From Epithemia pelagica (taxonomy: Eukaryota; Protista; Bacillariophyta), in contig OX337229.1 of the NCBI GenBank assembly GCA_946965045.2, forward strand, positions 1,922,001 through 1,986,000: a DNA stretch of 64,000 bases. Direction: 5' to 3'. Positions 31,575 to 45,803 of the stretch are shown here, piece after piece. Position 1 is the first letter of the stretch, and each line of letters starts with the position of its first letter. Made by a program: the position numbers and the translations under genes. The notes beneath the pieces were generated by a model. It was not told the origin of the DNA. It did not search any database and saw nothing but the letters and a program-made list of their open reading frames with translations.

Positions 31575-34500
31575 ATGGGAGGTTCCAAGCGTCGGAGAAA
31601 GGGGGAGACCGATGCCTCATCCAGGCCTCAGGCCAAGGCCAAAAACGAAGGGTAGGTGGTGGTTATTTCTTCCTACCTCTTGTGTGCGACTGTGTCACAA
31701 TGTATGAGGAGGTCCAAAACGTCGACCGTAAACAAGTTTCTCTCGTCATATGTTTCGTTTGCTTACCTCTTTGTTCGCGTAACCTTTTTCTAGAGAGGAG
31801 ACGGCCGTCACAGACGACCGATTGGAGTCCATTCTGATGGAGTTCGTCCAAGGCCTAACTCCGTGGACGGCGGCAAGCCCGGATCGAACGGCCGCGATCA
31901 AAGCCTTGTGTTCGGGTACGTCGTCCGTCTTGTCACTGGACCCATCGCCCTCGTCGGGCAGTAGTGGTAGAAAGGACCCGAACCAACCAATGGAGGAAGA
32001 CAACCAAGATCCCACGACCCTTGTCCCATTCAGTACCGGAGAAGCAACCGCCACTGCGTTGGCTCCCGATAAGGCAGATACAAGAACGCCTAAGAATCGA
32101 GATGTAGCTGGAGACCCGCAATCCTTGTCCAATACGACCACAACGACAAGGTCAACAAACGAAAGTATGGAATCATCGGAGGTGTATGGTTACTGGATGC
32201 TTTTGGGCTCGCATATCTTGCATCGGTTGATGATTGAATATTCCACCAGTTTTCTTTCTCAAGATATGCCACGCAATACTTCAATAGTCTCCGTGGGACA
32301 CTCGTACCGTCGAGTATTGTGTTACCTATGCCATGAACTGAGTGCAGCTTTCTTGGGGACACGGAACGAAACTTTAGATCCCGAAAACCCGCCATCGGAA
32401 AAGACACAAGGGAACCATGACAGTCGAACGTGGGAGATGGCCAGTACAGGAGCCAGTCGCCACTGGCAAGCCCGACTAGTGATCACCATGGCAGCTGCCA
32501 TTGCCGGTCATGCGCTGGCCCCACCACCCACCAAGAGTCGTCGCTCCTCCTCCAAGTCGTCCTCCTCATCCTCCTTGGGTAACTTGCACACCAATCCTCT
32601 GGATGTGTCGGCATGGGCCGCAGCAACCCTGTGTGTAGAACGACTGTTGGAGGTTGGTGGAAGTGGCGTCCCTCCTCCTCCTCCTGCTCCTCGTGCAACG
32701 ACCACAACGAATACCAAACCCGCGGCTTCGTCATCCCAAACGGGGGTACTGGGACCAATTCTAGGTACCTCTGCCCACGTATCGTATTACTGGCGAACCA
32801 TGGCCCGCCCCCTTCTTCAATCATTGGCCACGAATGGGATCCAATCGCAGCTCTCGGAGTGCATTCATACCGCCTTTGGTGAAGCACGGGGAGATTGGTC
32901 TCGTGAACGGGCCGCCATGACCGCCTTGCATTCTCAGTCCATGTCGGCCATTCAATCAGCCTTTGTCGAATTAACCAAATCTGTTCCTCCCTTTACGTTG
33001 GAAGGACGTTTGCCCTATCGTCGATGGGCTCCCATTGTTCTGGATTGGTACTCTGTTGGACCCTTGCTGGCACAATCGAGACTGGTGGTGAATTCTGCTT
33101 TCGATTGTCCTCCGAGTATTCCCCTGGCACTCTTGGCAAAATGGGTCCACTGGATGGGGGACTGGCCGGGCTGCAGCACCAGTAACAACAAGAGTGGAAC
33201 AAAAGCGCTCACGAGTAGCACTCTGGACGAGTACTTGAAGATACTCTCACCCGGAGCTGGACGAAAAAAGAAGGTACCTGTCCCCAATCTACCCGAGATT
33301 ATGACACAGACCCTTGAATACCATGCGCAGTCTTTGGTCACGGACGGCCGTCCTGTCATGAGGAATGATGAGGATTGGGCAGGAACAATGACAATGCAAC
33401 AAGAGAAAACTGGCAACGATACAAAGAACGAAAGAGGATCCAGCGCAGACTGTGATTCTGTCAAGCAAGACGTTGGATTCACGTGTTACCCATTTATGGC
33501 ACAGTTTTTGTGTGACTTGGCCAAACTTTATGGTAAATCAGATGTTACCCTGGTGGGACTTTTTGAAACAGCCGCCGGCGCCGCAGTTCTTCAGTACCAA
33601 ATTGTGAGCGATGTGAAATTGCTCTATTGGGCCTTGCGGCGAGCCATGGTACTTTTGCAGCAAATGGTTCGTGCCCCGGGTAATTACGACCACCTTGTTA
33701 CGCAACCCTTACTATCCTCCACCACAACCACGAAGCTGGATGACGTCTTGGGAGCACGGGTGGGCGGTCGGAAGCGCAAGGCCGAAACCACGTTCAGTGC
33801 GCCGTCCTCCCAACCCGGGATTCATACCTTTTGCGAACGGTTTGCCCTCTTTCTTCGGGCAATGCATCCACTGGAAGACTCTTCCTTTTCAACTGCAGGA
33901 CGCAAAAAGAGTCCAAAGTCGGTCTCGGTCGGACAAGGTTTTGTCCATACCATTCTGTCAGTCATTGAAGCGTGTTTGGACACGAGAACCGTCATGGATC
34001 CAATCTCTACTATTCCTACAAATGCCAGTGCTGTTGTACGAGTGCAACAAGAAGAAGAATCAATGAGTACGACTCGACGGCGCAAACGGAGAAAGAAAGA
34101 AGAACCGGACGCAAGTTCCAGAACCGTTGCGGCAAATGATGGCCCTTTGTCCGAGGTCGAAATGACACCCGGACGAGAAAATAGGACTTTTCAGTAAGTT
34201 ACATGTGGTGTGTCTCAATCTTGTTGTTCCAGTCTGGATTCGCTCTCATGTGTCGTTGCTGGGTTTCTACTTCTCAAAAGACCAATCAGCAAGGAAAGAT
34301 CGTCATTAGCTTGCGTAGCTCTGGATATACTGCATGATCTTTTAGATGAGACACATCCAGTGGGGGAGGGTTTCTCATGCCTAGAACCTGGAACTATTGG
34401 CACTGAGGAGCTATGTCGTATCGTCTGGTTGGGTGAAATTGTTGACAAGGTTCTTTTGCGGACACCCAACTGGGAGAAATCAGTGGGTCCATCCAAGGGA

Positions 34501-37500
34501 AATGTATGGCTGGTTCATCAACCGCAGCTTGGCTCGTCGGAAAAACAACTTTGGTACGTCTTTTACCGCACAAGGGTGGTACAAGTCCCTTTCTTATACC
34601 AGATTTTGATTTTTGCTTGTCACCTTCTAGGGATTCGCATATGAATGTTTCCATTGTGGCCGCCAGATGCCGAAACTTTCATATTTCAGAGACCCGCGTT
34701 GAAGTTTTGAAAGCAGTAAAGAATGCAGTCAAGTATCGCAACATTTCCCGACATGTCCCGGACGGGTGGCCGCTGTGGCTTCCTGCCTCACATTTTCTGC
34801 TGATAGCGACAAACATCAGTTTCGAACGTGAAACGGAAGCTGTCTTGTCAATTGTCAATGGAGTGCTGGTATCGGTCAACTATGTTCTATCTCATTTGGA
34901 ATCACTACTACCAATCAATCCAACAACAAGAGCAGCGATTGTAGTTGATCCTGAATTCCCTCTCTCCGTACAGGATGTCCAGCTCTTCCTTGGAGCGTTG
35001 ATGCGCTTGTCAGACAAACAGCGATCCATCGCATTCATCGCGTTGACCAAACTTGTTTGCTCATCGTTCGACAATATATATAAAGATTCCAAGTCTATGG
35101 ATCTAGTGAAGACCAACAGCGCTGTTTCTGGTTTCCTTGCTCGCCTTGTGACCACCTGTTCATATGTTGCTTTGATCTCAAATTGCGAAGACGATGTACA
35201 ACATGACGTCATGCACATACTCAGCTTCATTTCAGCTAGGTCTCCTTCTTTCTGGCATGTCAGCAGGGGATTCCATTCCCAGGGTCATTTTCTGGGAGTT
35301 TTTCCGGACCATGTTTCATCGATGGTCCCTCAAATGTCTGCAAAGTTCAGCAACGAGGAATCCGCAGATCTACGACAAATTTTTGAGATTAGTTTTGAGA
35401 TGGGACTGTCGACTGCTTCAAATGACAACGGTTTTCTCATGTTCTCCGCGTGGAATGCTTTTGGAAAAATTGCCGCGTGCGAATCAGATACCAATTCTCT
35501 CCAGTTGCATGATGCTGTGAAACAGTCTCGATCTCTTGGCTCTTTGCTTCTTGTTCTTAGAGAAAACGTTTGTTTTCTGTTTAAGAACATTAAATCAGCA
35601 GATGCTCATCACGACAACAACTCGGGATCCTCCACATCATCCCTTCCGCTTGCGTATCATCTACAACTTTTGATTGATACGGCGTCTGAATTGATTGAGT
35701 CTTTGTTGCAACTCGATAATCTGGACGACCGCGAGATGCATTTGAGTGGCGAGGCTTGTGCTCTCGCGGAAGGAGTATGTGTACCGGCGAACTCTTTATG
35801 GCTTGCGGTTGAGGTGCTCTTACAGTGTTCCTTTTTTTGTTGCAGCTTTGTGTCGCGTTATGTTTTGCAATTTCGTCGATTACAAAACCAAAGACAAACT
35901 TTATTGATGGCATGGTTGCTAAGGTGGAATCCAAAAGACAACGGACTTATTCTACGGAAAGCGAAGCGGGGTCAGATGGCGAGTCAGGAACGACAGAGGA
36001 CATTCTTGTTGAAGTGTTGGATCGAATTGAGACGTGCGTGTCCCGGATCGGCGGAGTGCCGGCGCATCCAGATTGGCTTGACAAGGAGTGTTTCTTACGC
36101 TCAGTTTCTATGGACGAAGCACACCTTCTTGCCCGAAAGGCGATAGATGTCATGGCTCGTGTGGTCAAACTCGCAAAAGTCCAGCAACACAAAGCCGGCG
36201 TAGCGTCGCTTCAATTATCAGGTTCGTCAGAGAACTCTCCGGTTCGTGCTGACCTCGCCTTAAAGCTTGTGACCAAACCATCTTTTAGCGAACCCAGAGG
36301 TTCTGACTCAATGGATATCGGTGAGGTTTCAAGGATCTGCAACGTGGATCAGAAGACTCTTCGGTACATATCGGAAAACACGGCATATGACCAGTGTCTG
36401 CTCGCCGTCGCTAAGTGGTGCGGAAACTTGACCCAAAGAATTCACGGCCGCTTTCACGTTTTGATTCAGAACCAAATGCTTGATACTACCGAGTTGGGGT
36501 TGACAGAGCTGAGGGTAGGAGAAGAATGGGAAGTTTCCCTTGCGTTTGTCCTGGCTTCCTCCTGTATGGGTCTCGTAGGTGGCGAGAGGATTGACGACGC
36601 GTCAGATGAACTTCGTAGAAACCTTGCTACATACGCCTGTTGGGAAAGGCTCGCGGACACGGCTGTGAGTTGTATGGTACCAGCCTCCGCCTTGGTGCGT
36701 TTGACGTCGTTTAGACAGGGACGAGTTTCGCACCCCTATGCCTCCTTCGAGGCATGCCCCGAAGAGTACCGATTCTGTCAGACATATTTAGCAGAACAGA
36801 TGACCTCAAGTCAGAAGCAAGATACAGGGCTTTCTCCTGTTCTCCAGAAAAGCTTGGAAGCCTTGACTTCGACACCAATCTACCACGAGCCTGTAGGGGA
36901 GCTAATAGCAGCCAACCTGTTCTCCGACCCAGTTGCGTTTCTCAATTTGCGGTCAATGGCTTCAGTTCGAACCGCACTACGGACACTGTCAGACTTGAAA
37001 GAAGTGTACGCGAGCATGACTGGGATTGTCGACCCAGGCTTTCGTTCAATAGTAGAACGTGAAGTAGGTGTTATGACAAGCGTTCATCATCATGACATAG
37101 ACCGGACAAGCGGTCTTGTCAAGCTTTTTTTGACTGTTGAGCAAGAGAAGTCTTTGCAAACAACTCTATCTTCACACTTTGTTAATCCCCAGTTTTTTTC
37201 TGGGGATTTAAGCCACCTTTCCAAGATACTTATCTGCTTACTCTGGGAATGTCCTCTACTACCTTCGAGCTCTGACAGAAGCTCGGTGATGACCGAACTT
37301 GGTTGTCTTGCAGCCATGGAAATACACAATCTTGGCAAAAACGAGATGTCCAAGAACTTTCTGTTGTGGCTTGCGCAACAAAACGGCGACCGTCTCAAGA
37401 AAATTTTAAAAGATGATTTATTTGATGGACCTGATCAAGATGCTGAGAGTTTGAGTTGGCTCCTTGCTTCTGTCTTGCTCAAGAACCACACCAAGAAAGG

Positions 37501-40500
37501 AGGGAAATTCGAAAGCACGCTATTCGATGTACTCTTTCGTGAAGTGCGCGAGAAGATCGTGTCGGACTCAACATCCTGGCATCGTTCGGCAAGGTTCGAA
37601 ACGATTATGCATCTACTTTGCCTGTACGGCGCCTATTGCCAACAGGTTGAGGCTATGATAAAATTTTTCATGGAGGATGCGAAGGCAAATCTACAGTCGA
37701 TCGAAGTATGTGTAACGTTTCTGCAACATCTTCATAACCCTTCATCGGCAAAGATTTCTAAAGAGCGCTGGGTGGACAATTCTGCATCTGCTGGTCGGTC
37801 TTCTTGTTCTTTCGCTTTGAGAGAAGGGTTCTATGAGCAACACTGGTACAATTGTAGGACTTGCGGGCTGACTGACGAGAAGGGATGTTGTACGGTAGGT
37901 GACTGCTAGGCTTTGAAGCGTTTTGATAGCTCCTTCTAATCCATGCCTTTTCGAAGCTTTGTGCTCTTATATGCCATCATGGCCATGATATTTCATATGC
38001 AAGATTCAGTTCATTTTTCTGCGATTGTGGGGCTCAGAATGGGCTCGAGGGTCGTGGGACATCTTGTAAGTGTTTGGCTTCGGTTGCAAAAACAAAATTG
38101 GTTCAGGCTCGACATGCAGGAGCGAATCGACATTGCTCTGAGAAACAGAGCAAGTCATTCTCTCGTAAATCTCTTCATGTCGAGCCACTTGACTATTCTT
38201 GTTTCGCCTCTCGTGCATTTGGGGAGAAGGCATCGGATGCTCTCGAGTCCAGTGTCGGTCTCTTGAAGAGAATAAAGTTGATTACAACAATCGAATCTCT
38301 ATTCAAAGATGAGCTCCCGAGTTGGAAGGTTAACAACCCTACCTTTCCTCCTACGAAGGATGTCGTAGTTTCCTTTGAAGACCTCAGGCATCGTATGATC
38401 AAGTCCAGTTCCTATTACCTTCCTTCGGACACCAATGTCAAGTACGTAGATCCTTTGATAACCCTCGGAACTTGTTCAAAGAAGGGCACACTGGAAATGA
38501 GAAGCGCAGTTGATCCATCCGAAGAACTAGTTCTTCGATCAAAATTACTCGAACTGAATTCAACACGCTCAGTCCTCGCGTGTGATAGCCGAGGTCGGTT
38601 AATTGTTGCCGAGAGTGGACAGATCTCAATTATAAGCGGCGGATCCATTCCAGGGGATGAGGCGTTGGAAGGTATGGTTTTGGGAAGAGGATTAGTCCCC
38701 ATAATCACCTCGAAGACGACGTCGATGAAAAGCATTATTGGCTTAGCGATCAACAGGCACAACGAAAAGCATTTTCTGTTGTGGGGGGCAGATTGTGCGT
38801 GCATAGTGCTTCTGAACAACAATGGGACTTTCATTGAAGGCACTGTCGACCTGAATTTGCACCATGGCAACAGCGTCACGGGTTTGGATGGACTCAGCAA
38901 AGCACAGTGGTTGCCTCGTGCTGAGTTTCTATCTTCGGTTGGACGTGGAAATTGTATTTTGATATTCGATTTTTCCTCGATTTCTCTTCCATTAAAAAAC
39001 ATCAAGGTTTCCCCTGACCTGAAAATATCAGTTCATTCTTCATTGACAATTTTAGACTACTGCCTGGTGGATAACGGTAGGAAGTCAGAACGAGGGTGGA
39101 GAGTATACGCGCTTCTTAGCGATGGATCACTTCACAGCGTGGAAGTTGACATTGACGCCTCTGGTTCTCTGACAAGTTCATTGTCTGTTATTGGCAACGA
39201 TGATTCACGAGTCATCATGGCTTTGGATCGAAAGACTTCGCGTTTGGATTATCTGAGACAGAGCCGAACTCTGGTTTGTCAAGGTGTCGGAGGAAGTGTG
39301 ACGGGGGTGGTTCTTGACAGTGAAGGAAGACCTAAGAAGCAAATCAGGTTGATACCTGAATGTCTTCATCTGGACGAGCAGGTCGATGGTCCCTATTCCA
39401 ACTTCACTGAACTTGGATTGAGTAGACACGATGGCTCGGATTATTTTCGTTTGTTGTGCACGTCACCAGTTGCGAGTCCGAAGGGACATATTGTGCTATC
39501 TATTGAATTCAATGAGCATTTGGTTCGAGTAGGGCGTGTGCGAAAACTGTTCGGAGGTTCGATTGATGGAGCAGCAGCATTCAGCGTCCCCTGTTGTATC
39601 GAGGATGAAGATGATGAGATGAATCTTTCAGCCCAGAAGAGATTTACTGAAAAGATTTTGGTTTGTATGGTCGACTCTGACGGGCGACTCTCCCTTCTTT
39701 GTGATGGGTGTCCAATGATATCAAGTAACCGACTAGCTTCGTTTTCACGGAGGGTTCTTGACTCGACATATCCTTTACTGGCTTTTGAGAGGATGGGATA
39801 TGTTGGTGGCTCCAGATTGATGATTCATGTCACTGGGTATAGGTAAGCGTGCACTGTAAAATGGTTCACATGTGAGCTGTTCAGTTCTCACTCATACTTC
39901 AAATAAGCTCTTCTGACCTTTCGAACAAGCTTCAACGAGATAGCGAGTCCTATGTAGTGTCACCAGGATGTGGAGGATTCACCATGTCAATATCTCTGCG
40001 GGAGATAGAAGGAAACCGAAATCTTATTATTGGTGGTCTACGCCTACTATTTGGGAAAACTTCACCAAGTTGTGTTCCTCGGAGAGTCTACATTGGAGGG
40101 CGTCCATTGAATTTAGAGCACGGGGTGAAAAGGTGGTATTCAGTAGTTTTGACGGCGGATGAGATTGCTCTGGCTTTACGAAATGGATTTGTCACGATCA
40201 CAGTTACCCAGTCGGTGGACCCCACAAGCCATCCAATTCTTGATGCAGTGGATGTTTTTTGTGTCACACGGAGCGCTGTTCAAAACTGGCTTCCGCAAAA
40301 GCTCCTCTATCTACACAGTTCTGCTATTGTTCCTTATACTTCTGCAACGGCTCGAACGGGCCCGCGGTTGTCGTCAGTGAAAATTTTGGCCGCTCTCCAT
40401 CGTATGTTGCAACCATCGTCTGTGTTAACCGGACATTCGAAGTTTCAAGTTCTGCATGAACTCGTCGCGCGAACTTGTCTGTGCAGTCATAGAACTGTTA

Positions 40501-43500
40501 CAGAGGTCGAAGATTTCGTACGATTGATCGAACCAGAAAACTGTGAACAACTGCTGGATAATGCACGCCTGGTCGGTTGTGTTGAATTCCTTTCAAATTG
40601 TCCCGGGGAAGCCTGTTCAAGCACCGCAAGATACTTCTGGCGAGAGAATAGCATTTTGGACTGTTTGCGGCTGGCTTCGAGCATTGCAAAAAAGCGACCC
40701 ATGAACTACACTCCATCGCTTGACGGCACTTCCACATCATCGATTGCCAGTCTTGCGTCTATTCCTCTAACCCAATCATTGGCTCTCACTCTTGATTTCA
40801 AAATGTTGGTATGCACCTTTGTGGAACTATGCCTTCTGGAGATGGCTGTGGCAGGCTCGATTGGCCATGATCAAAGTAAACGAGGAAGCATGGGAAGTTT
40901 TGCTCCATTGCGCACGCTGTTAACTCAACGGAGTGATGCCATCGTAAAAATGGCCTGTGATGCCATATCAAGGTTCTGTACGACGTATTCATCTCCGGAT
41001 TTTCTCGGCGACAACTATGATTTTTTCCATTCCTCACGTTTGATGACCTTCGCCTGTGATAGCTGTCAGTTGACACCGATTAGAGGTAAGCAAACGTGGA
41101 ACCAAACCATTGTTCCAAGACTAATTCTCAACACTTCTCTCCTATGTTAGGAGTGCGTTGGACTTTGTTGGACGCGAATCATCCTTTCGATCTCTGTAAT
41201 TCCTGCCATGAGCAGGCTATGGCATATGCTTCAACGCGTGACTTTGACGAAGCTACCGATGTTGTAATTGGGGATAGAAAAGTTGGTGACCCTAAGCTGA
41301 CCTGCTCCGAGGTGGGACGGATGAGCTCTGTTTTAATGCAGGATCATCCATCGACAGGAGCAGGGCGCCAACAGCTCTATGATGTCTTTCTGGACGGTTT
41401 GTTCAATGGACTGGTAGTACTAACATCTGGTCCACAAGACCGAGACAGCTCGTCCACTTTGTACCTCAGTCGTCTTTGTTTGAAACTCATTGACATGGCC
41501 GACTCAGAGAGACGAACAGAAAGGAAGAAACGGATTGCAAAGGAAATCTGCAACGGGATATCGTTGAGTATGAAGTCATCAGGGAATCTCGGCAGAGAAG
41601 CCCCCCCACGCCGGAATATAGAAATGTATTTTAGGTGTCTTTCTCAACTTATGGTTGATGATCCGCGAGTTTGCGCCCTTCTTTCAGGGAAGAAGAAATC
41701 AGAGATTGTTGATGCCAACGAATACCCAAAACAAAAAGCAATTTCTTGCGGTCGTCACAGTGGAAAACCAATTTGCAGAAAGGCTGATGACACCGAGAAA
41801 TTCTATGTTTGCGGCCAAGACAAATGCAATCATTTCGTTTGGGTAACTAATTGTTGTTCGGGATCTGAAGGGCAGACAGTCTCGTCGGAGTTTGATACAG
41901 AAGTGGCACAGCATATTTGGAAGCTCCTTGCGTCCTTGCATCGGCAAATAAGTGATTTCATTGAAGCTGGAATTTCGGTGAGATCTACTAAACTTAAGCT
42001 TCCCACTGCCAAAACTTACGAAGACGAACATCATGCAGTTTCGGACGGCGTGTTGTGTTGCAGAGAAAGGTTGTTTTTGTCCGTCACGGTTGACGAGTTT
42101 GTGGCGGAAGCAAGTCTACTTCCAACGTCCTCGGAAGGGCTCGGGAGTCAACCAGCGGATGAATCCGGATTTCTTGAGGTTGTTGAAAAGTGCTTGGAGA
42201 CCATTGGCCTTGCTGCAGGTCCTGATGCAGACGAACGTGTCACCCCTTGGTTTCCAGTTCTCTGCAAAATTCTTATGGAAGGAAATCCCACTGTTCGTTC
42301 TCTTGCCAAGACAACTCTGTTCAGGATTTGTGGTCGAAACAGGGATCGCTTTTTCGCTGTCCGGGATCACCATGGATTCGGAATCCATTTAAAGAAGGTC
42401 CTGTTACTTGCATGGCCTTTGTGGAAACAAGCGTCTCTTTTGAAGGCGCAGCAACGTCGATTTTCTCCGAAGCGGAGCGGGAACGAGAACGAGCCTGGTC
42501 ATGGATACGAGTTCGTTGGGATGCATCTGCTCCTCGCAGAAGATACATTGTCTTTGTCCTCGATTGAAGAAATACAAAAAAACTTGAAAGAGATGATGTC
42601 TTCTGCAAAAAGGCGAGTTATCAACTGGAGGAGTTTCTGTAAAATGGATGCAATTGAAAGATCAGTTGACAACAGGCATTCTTCTGAGCCCGCTTCAAAA
42701 CTGTTTGCCTTGGCGCCTATCAGGGCTCTGTTTTATCTGTCCTGTCTCCTACCTCGTAATTTCCCGGCTATGGTAATGAAGCTTCTGGATTTAGGAATTC
42801 CCAACTTTAGCGAAAAGAAAACAGTTGACTCGAAAACCCACGGTTTCAGATCAGTTGCTGGTGATTTTGTTGAACCTACAAGCGAGAAGGAAGCTCTGTC
42901 GATCTCCCAACAAGAGTTGCATGATTTCTCTGTTCATTTTGTGCTTCGGGGGGCCAGCGATATACGGCGGTCAGCCGGGAATGTGGGTTTGAAGCTATGC
43001 AACTTCGTGAAGCCTCAAGATGTTGAAGCCGTTGTTCAAGGCTTGGTACACGGACCAATTACCGAAGTTGGCGAAGCTGGTCGCGCGGGGACCGAATTTG
43101 TTGCACTTGTGTCCAACATGATCAGGTATGCCCGATGGTCGAATGGATCAGTTTTCTCGTTAGCGGAATTCCTTGAGACCATACTATTTGAACAACTTCT
43201 GAGTGTCCGGTACGATCAGAGCAACAACGAGTACGTCTTAGAAGCTCAGACAGCCCCATCACAGGGGAGACGGAGATTTGATCTGTCACCATGTTTACAC
43301 TGCAACGCGCATGTATGGAAGAGAAGCAGTCGATCGTCATCGAGTTTTCCTGGGGGCGATTCGACAAACTGCAGTACCGATACTGGTCGCGTGACAAATT
43401 CAACTCCTTCACCGTCTTCATTGCTCGGGTTGTCTCAGCCTCAGCCTCCTCACCAGAAATCTTGGATCAACGGTCAGGTTTCTCCCCTTATTCGCCTTCG

Positions 43501-45193
43501 ACTTGAATCAGTCATAGAATCACAGGCAAGCAGCGAGTTTGCAACTTTTCTGACTTTGAAGTATCGGATTGTACTCTCCGACATTTCAGTCGATATTCAT
43601 GAACATCGCGGTCGTTATGTTAAGACCATTCGAATTTACGGCAGCTCCCGAGTAGTCCAGAATGTTTCGCAACTCAAGTCAAAACATGGATGGCAAGAAC
43701 TTGGTAAATTCTCCATTACAAAAGGAGCTACAAGAGCGAGTTGCACTTTTGCAACCCCTTTCATAGCAGCCAACTTAATGATCGAATATTGTGATTTCTT
43801 CGAGAGACCAGGCGACTCGAGGGCAACGGATGGAAGTCTCCTTATTCATTGCCCTAGATGCACACGGGTTGTCACCAACGCCCATGGAGTTTGCGGAAAC
43901 TGCGGAGAGGTAGCTTTTCAATGCAGGAGATGTCGCCATATAAATTACGACAGATTGGATGCATTTCTTTGCGTCGAATGCGGTTATTGTGCATCGGGAA
44001 GTTTCGTGTACGAGGTAACTGGAGGGATTGCTTCGAATGCATCCGCGATTCTAGATGAGCGAGACTATCTACGGTCCAATCGGCAGCTTGAAGTTTCAAC
44101 CAGGCTGTATGACGATATTTTGAGATGTATCAAGGACCAATTCTTACTTTCTGAGAAGGGATCCGCTGGAACTCGTACTTCTTACAGAGCTGATGACCTT
44201 TTGCCCGATGGACTAAGGTGGGCGTATGCCAGCGACACAAGTGTCGAAGTGTCGCAAGCCGCGTTGGATTTGACGCCAGAATCAGTTGGTGGGCAAGGTT
44301 CGGTTGTCAAAGCGGTTTGCAGAACAACCACAGCTACTATCCTATCATCACCACACTCCGACAGTTATCGATCCATAGCTTTGCTGTCTGGCGCGACCTC
44401 TTCCGGGGGATCGAGTCGTCGACGTGCTCGAGATACTATAATTCAAGCTGGTGGTAGTGAAAGACTCGCTGCCGAGGACGAGTCTGATCTACTTGGATTG
44501 CTGGAAAGCACCGATACTCTTTCCCGTGATTCAGGGCTGGACCACTCAGATCCACTGAGCCGGGTTCTTGCGAGCATGCAAAACAGGAGACAGCAACAGG
44601 AGAACAGGGCCAGGAGACAGGCGAGTTCGAACAAAGCACGAGCGGAAAACAAGACAAAATCATCAAAAGACGCTTTGGCAGTTTCTGAAAAGCTTTATGT
44701 TCTGTTACGAGAATGTGAAAGAGAGATCTTTCATCTGAAAAGGCGCATTTCGGCGTGGGATGGTCTCCATAGAGGCCAGGAGGCGGAAGTGGCGAATTTT
44801 GGAGGGCAACCGTTCACGCCTTCGCACTGTTCCACTTGTGCGGGGTCATTGGCAGCGAGTCTGTTGCACCTGTGGATAAAACTTTTCCAGTTTGATCCCG
44901 TGTCTGTTGCTATGAAGGAATCGACAATTCGCATGTTGCTCGAGGATGATCGCGGCCTACCTCTGAACTTGATCGAAGCAAAACATTTGGTTTTGAGTGA
45001 GATTGCTCTTAAATCAGAAAAGGGGTCAGCATTGGTCCTTGATATGATGACAGTAAAGCTACGCGCTGGACACAACGTGAACACCGCTGAACTCTTGGGG
45101 CAAATATTGCGCAAAACTGATGGTAATTCTGCTTTGAAAGCAAAGTTTGTCCACTTGGCCAAGCTACAGCTGGAAAGCCACTACAACTCGTAG
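31575..45193 (+). CDS. UBR4: UBR4/BIG/p600-like giant protein (UBR-box, beta-propeller region, ZZ-type finger, Cys-rich domain); 8 exons, about 4,346 aa
   Basis: Exons 31575-31651, 31794-34193, 34290-34553, 34631-35774, 35846-37894, 37957-39842, 39908-41085 and 41151-45193 sum to 13,041 nt with no internal stop. The UBR box is restored by splicing (QHWYNCRTCGLTDEKGCCT|LCALICHHGHDISYARFSSFFCDCG). ZZ-like: FACDSCQLTPIRG|VRWT. UBR4 CRD: CPRCTRVVTNAHGVCGNCGEVAFQCRRCRHINYDRLDAFLCVECGYC. The intron 2 acceptor could alternatively be 34232. Confidence 0.85.
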
Positions 45194-45803
45194 TTGTGTA
45201 CACTCTACCTCCCTTCTGTCGTACTTTACTTCGGGAAGAAGCCGAGCTTATCACTACAGGTATTAATCATGGACTTGTCGAACGGCAATTGATACTATAA
45301 CTGTGTTCCTGACATTCTCATAACTCATAATGTATGGCTTCAAAATATGCGTAGACGAGCGCAAACATTCGAGACGTGCTAGACAGTGCCAAATGAGATC
45401 CCACTCTCGTGATGCGCCTCATTTTGCATACTTAAGACGGAAAACTTATTCTCTTGTCCAGTCTCCAGTTGGCTTGTTGCTTTTGTTGCATCTGACCATA
45501 TCCGTACGGTACTGTCATCGAGAGCAAAAAGTGAGCATGTCACACGATCACGAAGCCTCGGTGTGGCCGGCGTGTTGGGGGGGCAGTAGAGGATCTGGTG
45601 GGGTTAGGTATGGGCTTGATCACCCCACTAAACTTGATCCTTTTCTCCACCCGCCACACCATCCCCACCATGGTGCGGCGTCACTGACTTCTCTTTCAGC
45701 GACCGCACTCGGCAAAAAGATCCCCTTTCTGGTGGCAACACAAAACAAGACAAACAGAATACATCGTTGAGATAGCTTCTTATACAGCTTCCCACAGTCA
45801 ATC

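Noticed and set aside
34194-34232. Premature stop or gene split in UBR4 at TAA 34195-34197, or a 39-nt micro-intron
   Set aside because: The stop lies within a GTAAGT donor. A normal-sized 96-nt intron (acceptor 34289) restores the frame, so neither pseudogenisation nor a micro-intron is required.
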